Origin: Monocercomonoides exilis PA203
Lineage: Eukaryota > Protista > Preaxostyla
Length of the DNA stretch: 64,000 nucleotides
Direction: 5' to 3'
Assembly: GCA_001643675.2 (NCBI GenBank)
Contig: LSRY02000001.1
Coordinates: 186,001-250,000 of the forward strand
Program-made: the position numbers and the translations under genes
Notes under the pieces: generated by a model
Database searches by the model: none
Told to the model about the DNA's origin: nothing
Seen by the model: only the letters and a program-made list of their open reading frames with translations
Shown here: piece by piece, positions 40,301 through 50,856 of the stretch
Layout: the number at the start of each line of letters is the position of its first letter
How positions within the stretch are numbered: the stretch's first letter is position 1

Positions 40301-43300
40301 TACTGTTTTATTGGACTCAACAATATACGTCTCGTCTTCGCGCGGCACAGACTTCACTCGATGCGGACCTCGAGAGCTCCCTTGCAGATCATTGACTTAT
40401 GGCTGGACTCATCTGAAATGGCCTTTCCTATTGAATGTCATTGATCTGACTTATCTCACGCAGCCTGTCACTTTGAATGCGGGGGAAATCTCTTCTTCAA
40501 GTGAGATGGGGATGGTGGGAAAAGTCGAGGTGAACATAGAATACAGCGGCAGTTGGGAAGATGTTATCTTTTTGAATGGCGGCGTGGCATTTACTGGTTT
40601 AAACCTTGTTTTGAGTTCAATGACAAACAAAACAAAGAATGCAATTACAATCGCTGATGGAGCTTCAATGTGGAAGGATATGATAATATCTTTCTCTACA
40701 GTGAAAGAAGAGCAGTCTGTTAGCTATGTCCTGTACAATGTCATAAAGGGGAGTTTGATACTTGATAACTTGACTGTCAACGGGGGAAGCTCTTTGATTA
40801 CGCGGGCAATGTTCATCGTGGAAGTTGACGTGGATTTGCTGCAGCTGAAAAATGTCTCAATAGAAAATGTACGAGTTAATCGTGATTTGATCTTTGTTGC
40901 TTACAGCTTGTCTTGCAATCCGAAAAAGATGAATGAGCAGAATGTTCAAAATATATTGGTATCGAATTTTTCGTGTGTCAAAACGGATAATCAGGCAGAT
41001 TCAGTGAGATCTTCTCAAAATGCAGATGAGACAATTGTAGAAGGGCGGTTTCTTCGAAGCAGAGAAAGCACTCGGCAAAAGCTCGAATTGCACAACTCAT
41101 CGTTCAGTGGGTTTGTGTGTCCTGATAACTTTGAACCTTATGGAGGATGCATTCACTGGAGCGAGAAAAAGCAAGACGGAAAAGGTTCTTCAACAACTTC
41201 TGAAAACGATGAAGCTGAAGAGAGTTCGGAACTTTTGCTCAAAAATTGCACATTCTGTCATGATGGTCTTGACACACAACTTCGTGAGAAGGAAACGAAA
41301 GGAGGAGCAATCTATTTGGCATTCGATTCGTCAACGTTTCCTTTTGTGTTTCAGGACGTTTGCTTGTTCGAAAACAAGGCAAATACTGGAAGTGACATAT
41401 TCTTCAGATGTGCAAGCATCATGAACAAAGACGAATCGAAGAAATTTGGAATCAATTTCCATTATCCACTTTGGAGAGAGCAAAACTCGATCGCAGCAGA
41501 AAGTGAAGAAGATGGCAAAACTGTTGATTATCTGGTATTTGTGGCATATAGAAATGTTGTAGTTTATGTTAGCGGATTTGATGTTCCTGCAAAGAAGCAT
41601 CAAACTGGGACAATTTCATCCTCCTCTTTATCTTCTTTCTGGCATTCATCAAACGATAATTCACTAAATTCATACAGAAAAGCTGCTGAACAAGTCGAAG
41701 GCTGGGACATCTTTTTCTGTGGAGATGAAGACAATCCGTGCCACACAGTGAATTATGCAATGGCCCATTTATCTTATCAACCTTCAGAAGATGAAGATGA
41801 ACAACTTACGATTCGAGTGATTGGAGAGCCATCACTTTATTTTTCAGTAACATGGAAATCACTTTTGGTGGAAGGAAGGACTGAAGACGCTGGATTACTG
41901 TTAGATTATAAAAGCCATTTAGCAAATGAACAAAATGCATTTGGAAGAACAGATGGGCAGAGAGAAGGCGATGAACTAATTGATACGCACGTAGTGATCG
42001 AAGGAAAATGCATGCTGAATAAGACGAATGTGAAGGTCAGTGCAGATTTGCCTGTAAACTATCTCTTTTTTATCAGCAACGAGGGCACCTTTGTGGTTGA
42101 GAAGTGCACTGTTGCCTCAGCAAAGAAGCAGGCATCCATGCCAACTGTATTCAAAATTGAATCTGGATCTCTTTCGTGCTATTTTGTGCGCCTTGATGAG
42201 GTGCTGTTTAATGGCAGCACTTGTTTTATTGATTGCTCACAGCTGGAAGATGAACGAAAAGCGAATGTGCGGCTGAAAAACTGCAGCTTGACTAACATAA
42301 AGCAAAATGATAAAAAATCGCTGGTTTTGTATTCTTTGAAGGAAAAGAGAGCATATGAAAGCAGTGCTCATCAACACTTTACAGAATCCACTTCACTATT
42401 AGTCACAACATCTTCTTCCATTTCCTCAAACATTTCTTCACTTCCTCAAACATCATCTTCTTCTCATTCAAATCTGAACACTTCACCGCATGATGAGAAG
42501 TCTTCGATTCCTCTTCGTGTTCCTCTTCAATTCATTGGAACGAACGTCTCCCTCACTTCACGTATGCTTATAAATGGCTTCTTTTTGACTGCGAGCGGAT
42601 GCAGCTGTGCTGAAATAACAGGTTGCAGCTTTTTATATGTGAGTGCATCTTCTTCAGCTGATAATATGCAGAAAGACAACTATATGGTCATTTGTTTTTG
42701 GAGCACCTCCTTTTTGAACTTCGTTGATTGTTCGGTGTATGTGCGCAATACCAAGTTCAGAACAAAGCTTGAAGGAGCTATTTACTCTGAAAACAGCTAT
42801 CTGTCTATCGATCCTGAATCGTTGAAAGGGAACTCTGTTGAATTGGAGGCATTTCCGAGCGTTGCTCACAACATTATATGCAAAAGCGACACATCACAGG
42901 AAAATGATGATAAAGGTACTATTGAGCTTGTCAAAGGTACTGGAAGTTCAACCATTTTTGAATCTAAAGTCAGAAGCATGAAACCCGGTATAAGAACGCA
43001 AAATGGACTAAGGGAAGAAAAAATCAACGAGGAACTTCCGGACAATTTCTGGATTGCCAATACCAATTGCACGCTTGTTGGGTTTCCCTCTGATATGATG
43101 TCGAGTATGTTAACACCTCGGACTGAGAATGCATCGTTAACGAAGATTGGAGAAGTGTACGAAGTGACTCTAACAGGAAAGTGCCTTGTCCACTGTTTCT
43201 TTTCCATGGTGATACTTGTTTACAGAACGATCAATGGAAATTCAACAAGTGAATTACTCGAAAGTAAGCTTACAACCAATCTGGACTGCAGCTTCGAAAA

Positions 43301-43739
43301 TACGATTACCGGATATTTTCCGAAGGATATCTTTGAGCGTTCTGACGGAGCAGCGGTGTATGCTGCGCTTACGTTCAGTGATTTGCGTTCATTAAATAAA
43401 AATATGACAACAGTTCCGCTACTCATTTGTGAAGGAAAAGAAACAGAAGAGTTTAACGAGAGAACAATGATAATAATTATTGTCACGTCTTCTGTGTTCG
43501 CTGCAATTGCGTTTGCAGTCATATTGTTGCTTGTGCGAAGGCTTTGGAAGAAGAAAGTGCTTGTTGATGAATTCAAGGAAAAGCAGAGTTTGCTAAGTTC
43601 GATTAATTCAAGTATTCCTGGAAAGATGGAAAGGGGGAAAGATGGCTCAGTCTATTCAAGTTATGTTTATGATTATGGCACAACAACAAAGCCGATTGAT
43701 GTTCCATTAGACATGCAAGAGCCATTTCTTGAAGATTAA
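37395..43739 (+). CDS. 2114-aa type-I membrane surface protein with beta-helix/pectin-lyase-like repeats
   Basis: Hydrophobic N-terminus, GGAI/GGGL motifs, CG....PC.T motifs as in the receptor genes, C-terminal TM IIIIVTSSVFAAIAFAVILLLV and a short tail with no kinase. Confidence 0.8.
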   Translation: MFIFYLLVNFTIFTNMLSIAECAELKFESIIQNNDSFSLEKIAKRSMMQNSNRASRNEFFPSEEICVTSFNGYDFGYRNGNFLNNMSCLHSKVRSINSTSTITEITIFARRETSTILQDEFSFISLENCIVFANEHKLCCPFVQTGSDLHLINISLAFHKDSLEMNSFVSLKSNSSISRPSVSVQISTSLFSSAIMTSTFVASSLFKSTLEMQFSTFYNISSKQNAYYHEFASHLSSYEINGCTFDRVCEIYDGTIIPSISTGVRSLANFNTTHISCSRWTNKHYTNETLKRIVLDPAVDKEFEFDSCTWKGIKGDGPGQCIFAKTEDETIVTLVVKDCYFLDCASEVLSGGAIFVSGNVNVKLKNTTFNDIKFENINNYAEVAAGAVHIISIYPPSIRQCLFVNCSSNEDACVIFEHSAVKIPQRKADLCESRAILRQNDCSQIRERNIFANEGKDKNRQTVRNMKSREHIGEAEPICFQSIFMSCISKRNGGGLLLENVEECVLVSECDFSGCQSRYGEAILFRFSNIRLSDKINLSSYEYPYCVFASYFAINFPSKNFSNVLIQSRSDYDDGLRFFSLCKASREYEKAAVQVIPDEHDTIIPLLKSFDVAQRVIVLDSTAKFDAACGSSASRPCQTVHQALNHVALHENVKFSIYPNSQTIVDEVCTVDNINLEIAGKQDSVMVISKAKSKGYYSTVFILASTVFSLRELTVLYSKSALGRYCNVFLVEYRQESSTILADHVLFKCESKDERSDINEKRSDSHEKDSFTDPSILFDFFTLTNLTTCTITGCEFSYIPAGSMRNVIGEWDFTRVTVIDTLFYSIDSQSDFPIFAKLSLYHKSSLEMRNVTANVINSNSKAGGFLSMNVSEHSGIGITNSSFVACTATEYAGALDISVERGASLVFNELYFLINEANKYHDMILFARSLLDVNFQTIFSFVDKTIDGSKIGCFDSLYYQKGISVEELLTVLLDSTIYVSSSRGTDFTRCGPRELPCRSLTYGWTHLKWPFLLNVIDLTYLTQPVTLNAGEISSSSEMGMVGKVEVNIEYSGSWEDVIFLNGGVAFTGLNLVLSSMTNKTKNAITIADGASMWKDMIISFSTVKEEQSVSYVLYNVIKGSLILDNLTVNGGSSLITRAMFIVEVDVDLLQLKNVSIENVRVNRDLIFVAYSLSCNPKKMNEQNVQNILVSNFSCVKTDNQADSVRSSQNADETIVEGRFLRSRESTRQKLELHNSSFSGFVCPDNFEPYGGCIHWSEKKQDGKGSSTTSENDEAEESSELLLKNCTFCHDGLDTQLREKETKGGAIYLAFDSSTFPFVFQDVCLFENKANTGSDIFFRCASIMNKDESKKFGINFHYPLWREQNSIAAESEEDGKTVDYLVFVAYRNVVVYVSGFDVPAKKHQTGTISSSSLSSFWHSSNDNSLNSYRKAAEQVEGWDIFFCGDEDNPCHTVNYAMAHLSYQPSEDEDEQLTIRVIGEPSLYFSVTWKSLLVEGRTEDAGLLLDYKSHLANEQNAFGRTDGQREGDELIDTHVVIEGKCMLNKTNVKVSADLPVNYLFFISNEGTFVVEKCTVASAKKQASMPTVFKIESGSLSCYFVRLDEVLFNGSTCFIDCSQLEDERKANVRLKNCSLTNIKQNDKKSLVLYSLKEKRAYESSAHQHFTESTSLLVTTSSSISSNISSLPQTSSSSHSNLNTSPHDEKSSIPLRVPLQFIGTNVSLTSRMLINGFFLTASGCSCAEITGCSFLYVSASSSADNMQKDNYMVICFWSTSFLNFVDCSVYVRNTKFRTKLEGAIYSENSYLSIDPESLKGNSVELEAFPSVAHNIICKSDTSQENDDKGTIELVKGTGSSTIFESKVRSMKPGIRTQNGLREEKINEELPDNFWIANTNCTLVGFPSDMMSSMLTPRTENASLTKIGEVYEVTLTGKCLVHCFFSMVILVYRTINGNSTSELLESKLTTNLDCSFENTITGYFPKDIFERSDGAAVYAALTFSDLRSLNKNMTTVPLLICEGKETEEFNERTMIIIIVTSSVFAAIAFAVILLLVRRLWKKKVLVDEFKEKQSLLSSINSSIPGKMERGKDGSVYSSYVYDYGTTTKPIDVPLDMQEPFLED

Positions 43740-44418
43740 TGAAGACTTTTATTATTTATCTTTTGAATTAAGAGCAAGCAACAATGTAATGGAATATTAA
43801 ATGAAAATAAGAATGAAAGAAAGAATAAAATTATTAGCATTAATTTGGAGCATCGTTTTCGGTTTTTGATAAAATTATGAACTCCTCTTTTCATATACGC
43901 AAATGTTCGATATTCTTCAAAGGCAATTAAGATTTGTAAAGTAAATTTTTATGTTTGAGTCATTTTTCAAGGATTCTTTTTTTTGTGGTTGTATTAATTA
44001 GTTATATTTATCTTGACAAATATTTTTATAGTTCGATTTGTCTTGAATGATAAAAAGTATTATAATTTTTGTAAGCATTCTATAATTTTGTTGTAGCTAA
44101 AACTACACAAAATCAAAGCAAATTGTTTTATGTTTAATAAACAGTTTTACGTTCATACAATTTTTATATTTTTAGCCTTTTCCGTTTTACTTAATCTTGG
44201 AGATAAATAGTTTTTACATATATTTTATTTTCTAACTTCTTTTGTTTGTTTTCAACATCAAAATCCAAGGCATGTTTTCTATTTTCTATTTCAAATGTTT
44301 TGATATTTTTGAACTTTTTTTTAGTGGTTTCATTTCATACATAAAAAGTTTTTCAAAATTGAAAAAACTTTTTTCCAATTTTTATAAGCTTTTGAATATA
44401 AGGCAAATTTTTAAATAT

Positions 44419-44624
44419 GGCTGATCCTTTTTGAAATCATGCTTTCGTTCGAGTTTTGATCAAAAATTTAATCTTTGTGGAATTTTTATTATAATCTTGT
44501 TTTTTCAATAACAACATCATGAACAACATGTATTAACAGTTTTAGTTCATTTTTTCAAAATCCAATTGAAATTAAAATTTTGATCAAAACTAGAACGAAA
44601 GCATGATTTCAAAAAGGATCAGCC
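44419..44624. mobile_element. Candidate MITE (206 bp) with TIRs of about 47 bp
   Basis: GGCTGATCCTTTTTGAAATCATGCTTTCGTTC(G/T)AGTTTTGATCAAAA is inverted at both ends with one mismatch; ATAT flanks both sides. Confidence 0.65.
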
Positions 44625-45081
44625 ATATTACGAAAAAAACAATGATTTGTTCCAAAATTTTTCTGTAATCATATAATTGCAAAACTGACATTGAAGAACT
44701 ATATTTAATTTTGAAATATTTAAAAGTTGAGAAAAATATTGAAAGAACTGTGTGGAACAAAATTCATAATGCAAAAAATATCGTCCCATTATATTGAATA
44801 AGTTTTTGTTAATTTTTTTTTAAAAAAATTCAAATCTTTTAGAAATAACATACACCAAGAATTATACAAAATCGAAAAACTTTCAATCGATATCGAAAAT
44901 TTTCCAAAAAAATAAATGATTAATAAAGAAAATACAAGTGAGGAAAAATATTGTTCTTTTGTTTTTGTGAAAATTATTTGCAATGTTTGTGTTGTTTTCA
45001 GTAGCATATGTGTATTAAGGGCACATTCCCAATACTTGGATATTCTTTAAAACATTTCGATAAAAAAAAATTAGATTTAAT

Positions 45082-45245
45082 GGCAAGTTACAAGTATATG
45101 GACCATCGATAAAATAATTTTTATATATTTTTAATGAAACAAAATGGAATATTAATTTATTTAAAATAAGTTATTTTTGTCGAAAAAGTGTTTTTAACAA
45201 TTTTCCATTTTTCTTTTGATCAATCCCATAACATTTTCTTGTTTT
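45082..45245 (+). repeat. Left TIR (164 bp)
   Basis: Identical by eye to the reverse complement of 56949-57112. Confidence 0.9.
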
Positions 45246-45316
45246 ATACAGGTTTGAAAATTTCGTTTTTTCGTTATTTGTGAGGATTTTGTCAAAAACC
45301 ATTTGATTTTAGTTAT

Positions 45317-46182
45317 ATGCCTATTTTTCGTGATTCGAAAAAGGATATTTCTACGCTGATGAAATCCTTTTCAAACGAAAGGAAAACAATTGAATTGCTG
45401 TTGTTGCACAGATTATTACCTGCAGCAAATATGTGCACAAAATGCAAAAAGACACCAAGAATCATTTATTGTGCGAAAAATATCGTTAAATGCAAGTGCA
45501 AATGTCGATTCCTTTCAATCAGACACAATTCAATTTTTTCGAATTCGAAATTATTGATTTCCACTTATATGAAAATCATGCTGTTATGGTGGATTTATGT
45601 CGATGTGATGCGCACATCTTTTTTGACTGGAGCCAGCTGCAACACTATTTGCATCCTTTTTAATCTTTTTCGCAAGGCAGCACATGAAATGATTAAAGGA
45701 AAAAACAGAAGAATTGGAGGAAATAATTACACTATTCAAGTCGATGAAATGTTACTAAGAAGAAGAAAAATATCGGAAAGGAAAACCAAAAAACAAATTT
45801 GGATCGTAGGTGGAATTGAATCAAATGTCAAAAATCCTAAATCATTTTTAAAAAAGTGGACGATCGATCATCAATATGTCTGACCGGAGTGTAAAGAAGG
45901 CATTTGCATGCTGGAACTACTGTATGGAGCGACGAATGGAAGGGATATAGCAAAATAAAAAAAGAAGGTTTCAAACATTTAACTGTCAATCACAAAAAAT
46001 GCTTTAGGGATAAAGAAACAAACTGTTGCACCAACGCAATTGAAGCCTATTGGAGTCGTCTTCGCCGTTTTCTGCCCTTGCACAGGTATACAAGACAAAG
46101 ACATCTCTTCATATTTATCCTCGTTTTCATACAAAACAAGTACTCAACACAGATTTTGGGATTTTTGCGTTTCTTTTTCTAA
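45317..46182 (+). pseudogene. Merlin/ISXO2-like DDE transposase, disrupted
   Basis: N-terminal CxxC Zn ribbon, IGG..TIQVDE, WIVGGIE, GTTVWSDEWKGY, HLTVNH, TNAIEAYWSRLRR. Frameshift near 45845, in-frame TAA near 45892 and a probable frameshift near 46085. Confidence 0.85.
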
Positions 46183-46199
46183 TTTGTTTTTGAAACACA

Positions 46200-47050
46200 T
46201 CATCCATTAAACATTTGATAAAACAATATGAAGTTTATTATTATTTTTTTAACATTGAAGAGATGACCAAAGAGAAATGACTTTAAGAAGGTGGGATGAA
46301 TGATATTAAATTCAAAAAATGAAAAGTCAAATGTTTCAGAAAAGGGATGAAAATGTAATATTTTTTCCTGGAGAATACGATCATCTTTTATGTTGGTTAA
46401 TAAAGAGGAGTGAGTAACACATGAAGAGGATAATGAGAAGGAAGAATAAGAAGAGGGAGAAGAGGGAGAAGAGGGAGAAGAGGGAGAAGAGGGAGAAGAG
46501 GGAGAAGAGGGAGAAGAAGAAGAAGAAGAAGAAGAGGATGAAGAAGAAATTGGTAAATCAAACAGACTGAATGATGCAACCTGGACTTTTTGAGCATTCT
46601 CAGAGTGATTTTCCAAAGATCATTGCGTTTCTGTTGGAAATGAGCTTGTTGTTGAAGTCTGAGGCGAACAATGCAATGGGAAAGAAGCATACGAAGCACT
46701 TGCATTGGAAAGCGAAGGTTGCGATTGCAATTCGTCAGAAGGAGAAGATGCAGAAGATGGAGAAGAAGAATAAAAATAAGACGGTGAAGAGGATGAAGAT
46801 GGAGAAGAAGTAGATTGCAATGTTGCTGAAGAGGAGACAGAAGCATTTGAAGTGTTTGCATTTTGTGTGGTGGGTGTTTGGGTGAATGTGGAAGAAGGAA
46901 GATATGAAGATTGAGTTGTTGGTGAAAGAGGAGGAGAAATGGAAGAGGAAGAGGAAGAGGAGGAAGAAGAAGAAGAAGAAAATGAAGAAAAATAGAAGAT
47001 GCCAGCTTTTCCAAGTCATGTTGCGAGATAGAAAAAACTGAATGCGTTCT
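46200..47050 (-). pseudogene. Ser-rich low-complexity gene fragment including a 9-bp tandem repeat (SSP)n at about 46450-46515
   Basis: Broken Ser-rich ORFs in several frames resembling host coding low-complexity tracts; no domain recognised. Confidence 0.35.
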
Positions 47051-48489
47051 GGATGTGAATGCTCAGCCAGCTCATGTGCTCCGACAAAAGAGTCGCAACT
47101 GCAAAACATTCTCAACAAAAATGCCAAATAAACTGCTTCTTCTTTTTCAAGATCATGTCAAGCATTGTCATGTTATGCAGCACGCAAGTCAGATGGCAGA
47201 AGTCACAAATGTTATTGTTGAATGCAATCCAAATAAGAACATTCTCAAAACTTCTGATTCTTTTCAAAAAGGAAAAAATGGCTTTTCTCTTTGTGGTATT
47301 CCTGTTCATGTCCAATCTGTATTCATTCAAAAAACACTTAAAAGAAAAATGAATGAAATAAAAAGAGTCAAACCATTTTTTTATCCTTAAAATATTTTCC
47401 CATCTCCAATGCACTCGAAATAATCAGCCCAGCAAGTTTTCTTGTTCTCCAAAATTGCGTCTCACCTTCACATAAAAAATTCAGATAACTGGACAATAAA
47501 TGGCTGGCATAGAACTTCATCGAACACAGAGAATCCATTGTGAAGTTGGCCATGATTCCAAATGAAAACACATATTCTCCAAATTAACTCCTTTTCAAAG
47601 ACTTACACAACGTCAAGTCTTTGCTGATAGTTTTCCAAAGGGCTTCGCGTTAATGGCAATGTGTTTGTTGTTGAGGCCTGCTGAGTGTTTCGCTCTGTTC
47701 GCTTCCTTCATTGTCCAACCCCTCAATTCCCTTTCCTTTTCCACAAAATCAACCTTCCCCCAAAAAATCACGCAAAACATGTCCTGCGCAAAAAATATGC
47801 CAAGTGCGCTGAATTTCCCACAAAATGAACAAGCTGCTCAATTCAATCTTTCGGTTATTCTCCTCGCTTTTTCTGCATCTTGCTTAAATTATTTTTCATT
47901 CAAAATATTGCATCTGGTGTTGCATCATATGTTTTGCGTTAAATAACAATGTTCATATTTCATGCAACTTCCTCCACTAACTCACTTTTCGCAAGCAATC
48001 GATGCAAATAGCCACTCGCTCCTCACTCCGCAAGCAAAATCCCTGTTCTTCTGAAATGCTATAACTCGCATGGGTGCATCTGTGGCTGTGTGCCTAAGCA
48101 GCTCAAACATGTTCTGGCTGCAGCAAATCACCAATCAAAAATCATCACTTATAAAATTATAGGTTTGCCAGCCTTATTAATTTACTCCAACAAAAGAATA
48201 TTTTTTAATATAAAGATTTGTTTGTTCTGATGCAAAAATAATAGATGGCAAAAGAGGTTTAGACTCCAGTGTTATTTAAAAAATTTTGATTTGGTATTTT
48301 TAATTCTTTTGATTCTATTGCACCACGATTATACAAAAATGAATTTATTAATTGTTTTAGATTAATTTTGCAATTTTGTAGTTTCTTTAAAACAAAATAA
48401 TATTTCTGGGTATGCCAGAATTTATTAGAAACGAATGATAAAATAAATAAATGCTTCTTTTTTCTTTTTTGATTTTTCAATTTTTTCAG

Positions 48490-49803
48490 AGAAACTTTCC
48501 AATTGGAACAATTCACTGGAGCCGAGAAGAAACAGAAAATAGAGGAAATGAATGAAATAGTTGATGAAATGAATTTTAATGGACTCGAATCCATTATCAA
48601 CGAAGAAACATTCAACAAAATGGACAAATTGATTGAAGAAAAGAAACTGTCTTTGGAGAATGTCATTTTGTTGCTGAAGCATATAGGATATTGCAATGTG
48701 CTGAAAAGTATTTATCGTTAAGGATTAAGAAGATCTTCGTTGAGCGATAGATTAAAAAAGATGATTATCGATGAAGATAAGAAAAAAGAGGAAAAAAAGT
48801 GAAAATATTTATTCAGATCTTTGTGAATGTTATATGTCCTTTCGTTACATCTTCAAAACTGAAATGCTTCACATTTGTGTGCGATGCGATCTGAAAGTCA
48901 CATTGAAGAAAGAAGAAGGGGAGGAGGTTCAAAAGGATGTGGAAATGGCTTTATTGACTTTTAGGAACATTGACAATTATTACGTGTGTGCAAGTCTATA
49001 TCATTTTTTTCATTATTGATTTATTTCATGTTTTTATTACATTGTGATTGAAGAGCTTAATATGAAGGAAATGACGGAAATTTTGAAATTTAATCAGGAA
49101 TATTACAACCTGACTCAACTCACCTATTTGTCTGCTTGGGTTTTTTGTTACACAGATTTTACAACGACAAAAGCTTTGATGAAGTTAGCACAAATGAATT
49201 GCATTTTGCGAGAGAAGCAAGAAGAGAAATCGAAGATCTGTCAAAGTGTGTGGATTGGAAGAAAAAAGAGGAAATGAGCAAAGAAGAAACGAAAGAAGAG
49301 GTTATTTTGACAAGATGGATTGAAACATTCGCGATTTATTTTCAAAGTTGTCGAGTGAAGAATGAAGAATCTATTGGGATCATCAACAGCATTGTACTGA
49401 TATATGGAGCAGCGAAGGATAATTACAGAGATATAAACAATCAATGCATTTATTCCTTGAGATATGCAGCGAAAAGCAAAGGCTTGCAAGTTGATGACTT
49501 GCTGGAGAGTGGAGCTGTTGATGTTGTTTTGGAAGAGATTCAGCAACCAACATTGGATTACAAGATGGCATATGAATGCTTTACATTTTTTTCAGAAATT
49601 TTATTGGAGATTTAAAGTTAAGGAGAAAGATGAAATGGAAGAGGTGAAAAGAGAAGAGCTGAAAAGAAGAATATTTGAGAAGATGGAAGAAGAAGGATAC
49701 GAAGATATTACCACAAGTTTTCATGAAGCTTAAGGGTTTTTTTAAAGTTATTATGATTGTGGTTTATCGTTGAATGTTTGTGATTATTTTGTGAATATCT
49801 GAA
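48490..49803 (+). pseudogene. Degraded member of an E/K-rich alpha-helical (ARM/HEAT-like) lineage-specific family
   Basis: Consecutive fragments (KQKIEEMNEIVDEM..., DLCECY..., KDVEMALL..., LLESGAVDVVLEEI..., FEKMEEEGYED) broken by stops and frameshifts. Confidence 0.55.
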
Positions 49804-50717
49804 GAAATCAGATGCATTTCACTTTGTAACTCAAAAATCAGCAGAGCTGTGAAATAACTACCTGTTTTCCTAATTCTCCATTATTTCGAAATGACAATTT
49901 CAGATTTGAAAGCAGAGATGCTTATTATTGAAAGAGTTTTGGATTTTTTTGTTGTTTTTTAGTTGCTTTTGTGAAAAATTTTTTATTTTATTTTATTATT
50001 TTATTCTTTCTCAAAATTAATAAAAAAATACAACAAATTTGATTCTTTTCCTGTTGATTTTACTTATTTCTTATTATAAATTATATACTTTAAAACAAAT
50101 GTTCATCTTTCTTGAAAAGTATTGGTATTCTTTGAAAAAGCACTTTTATCTAATTTTGCACATTAGAATTCCTTTGTTTCCAGAACAAATGAGTTTTCTG
50201 CACGAAATATCATTAAAAAAAGATCAAGTGAATGTTAATGCAGATAAATTATAAATACACAAAATAATATGGATAATCATTTATCAATTGTAATTCTCCA
50301 TAAAAACCGTGACAAATGAAACGGCACAGCCCAATGATGCAATCTTCGTATCCTTCTTCCATCTAGTTAAACATTTTCCTTTTCAGCTCTTTCCTTCTTT
50401 CTTTTTCTTCCTCTTCTTCTTCTTCTTCATTCTTTTCTTTCAATCTTTCCAAAACATTCACAAAAATTTCCACACATTCTTGTGCCATTTCTTCGTTCAT
50501 AGTTGTTCTCTGAATCTCCATCAAAATAGCTCAACTGCTCCATTTTACGAAAAGTTCTCCATCAATAAAGCAATATTATCTTCCTCCGCTTCAAATGAAA
50601 TTGTGCATTTCTTCTTTCCTTCTCCGTAATCATAACTAGAGGCAATATAAAAATGAACAACGCTGTTAATAAGCAAAGCGGATTCTTCGTTCTACGATTT
50701 ATGTAATAAAAAGCATT

Positions 50718-50810
50718 ATTCGCAATAGAGCGAATATCCGAACGCAAGGAGCAGGTTTGCTCCTCAATAATGAGTTTGATCTTAAATTATGGGTGGTTTA
50801 AGATCAAACT
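50718..50810 (+). repeat. DIRS left terminal repeat
   Basis: About 50756-50799 is inverted at about 56800-56845; 50718-50777 is complementary to the ICR at 56099-56158. Confidence 0.85.
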
Positions 50811-50856
50811 TCGCTAACAAATAAACCTTTGTTAAACACCATTGTCCGCAGCAATA

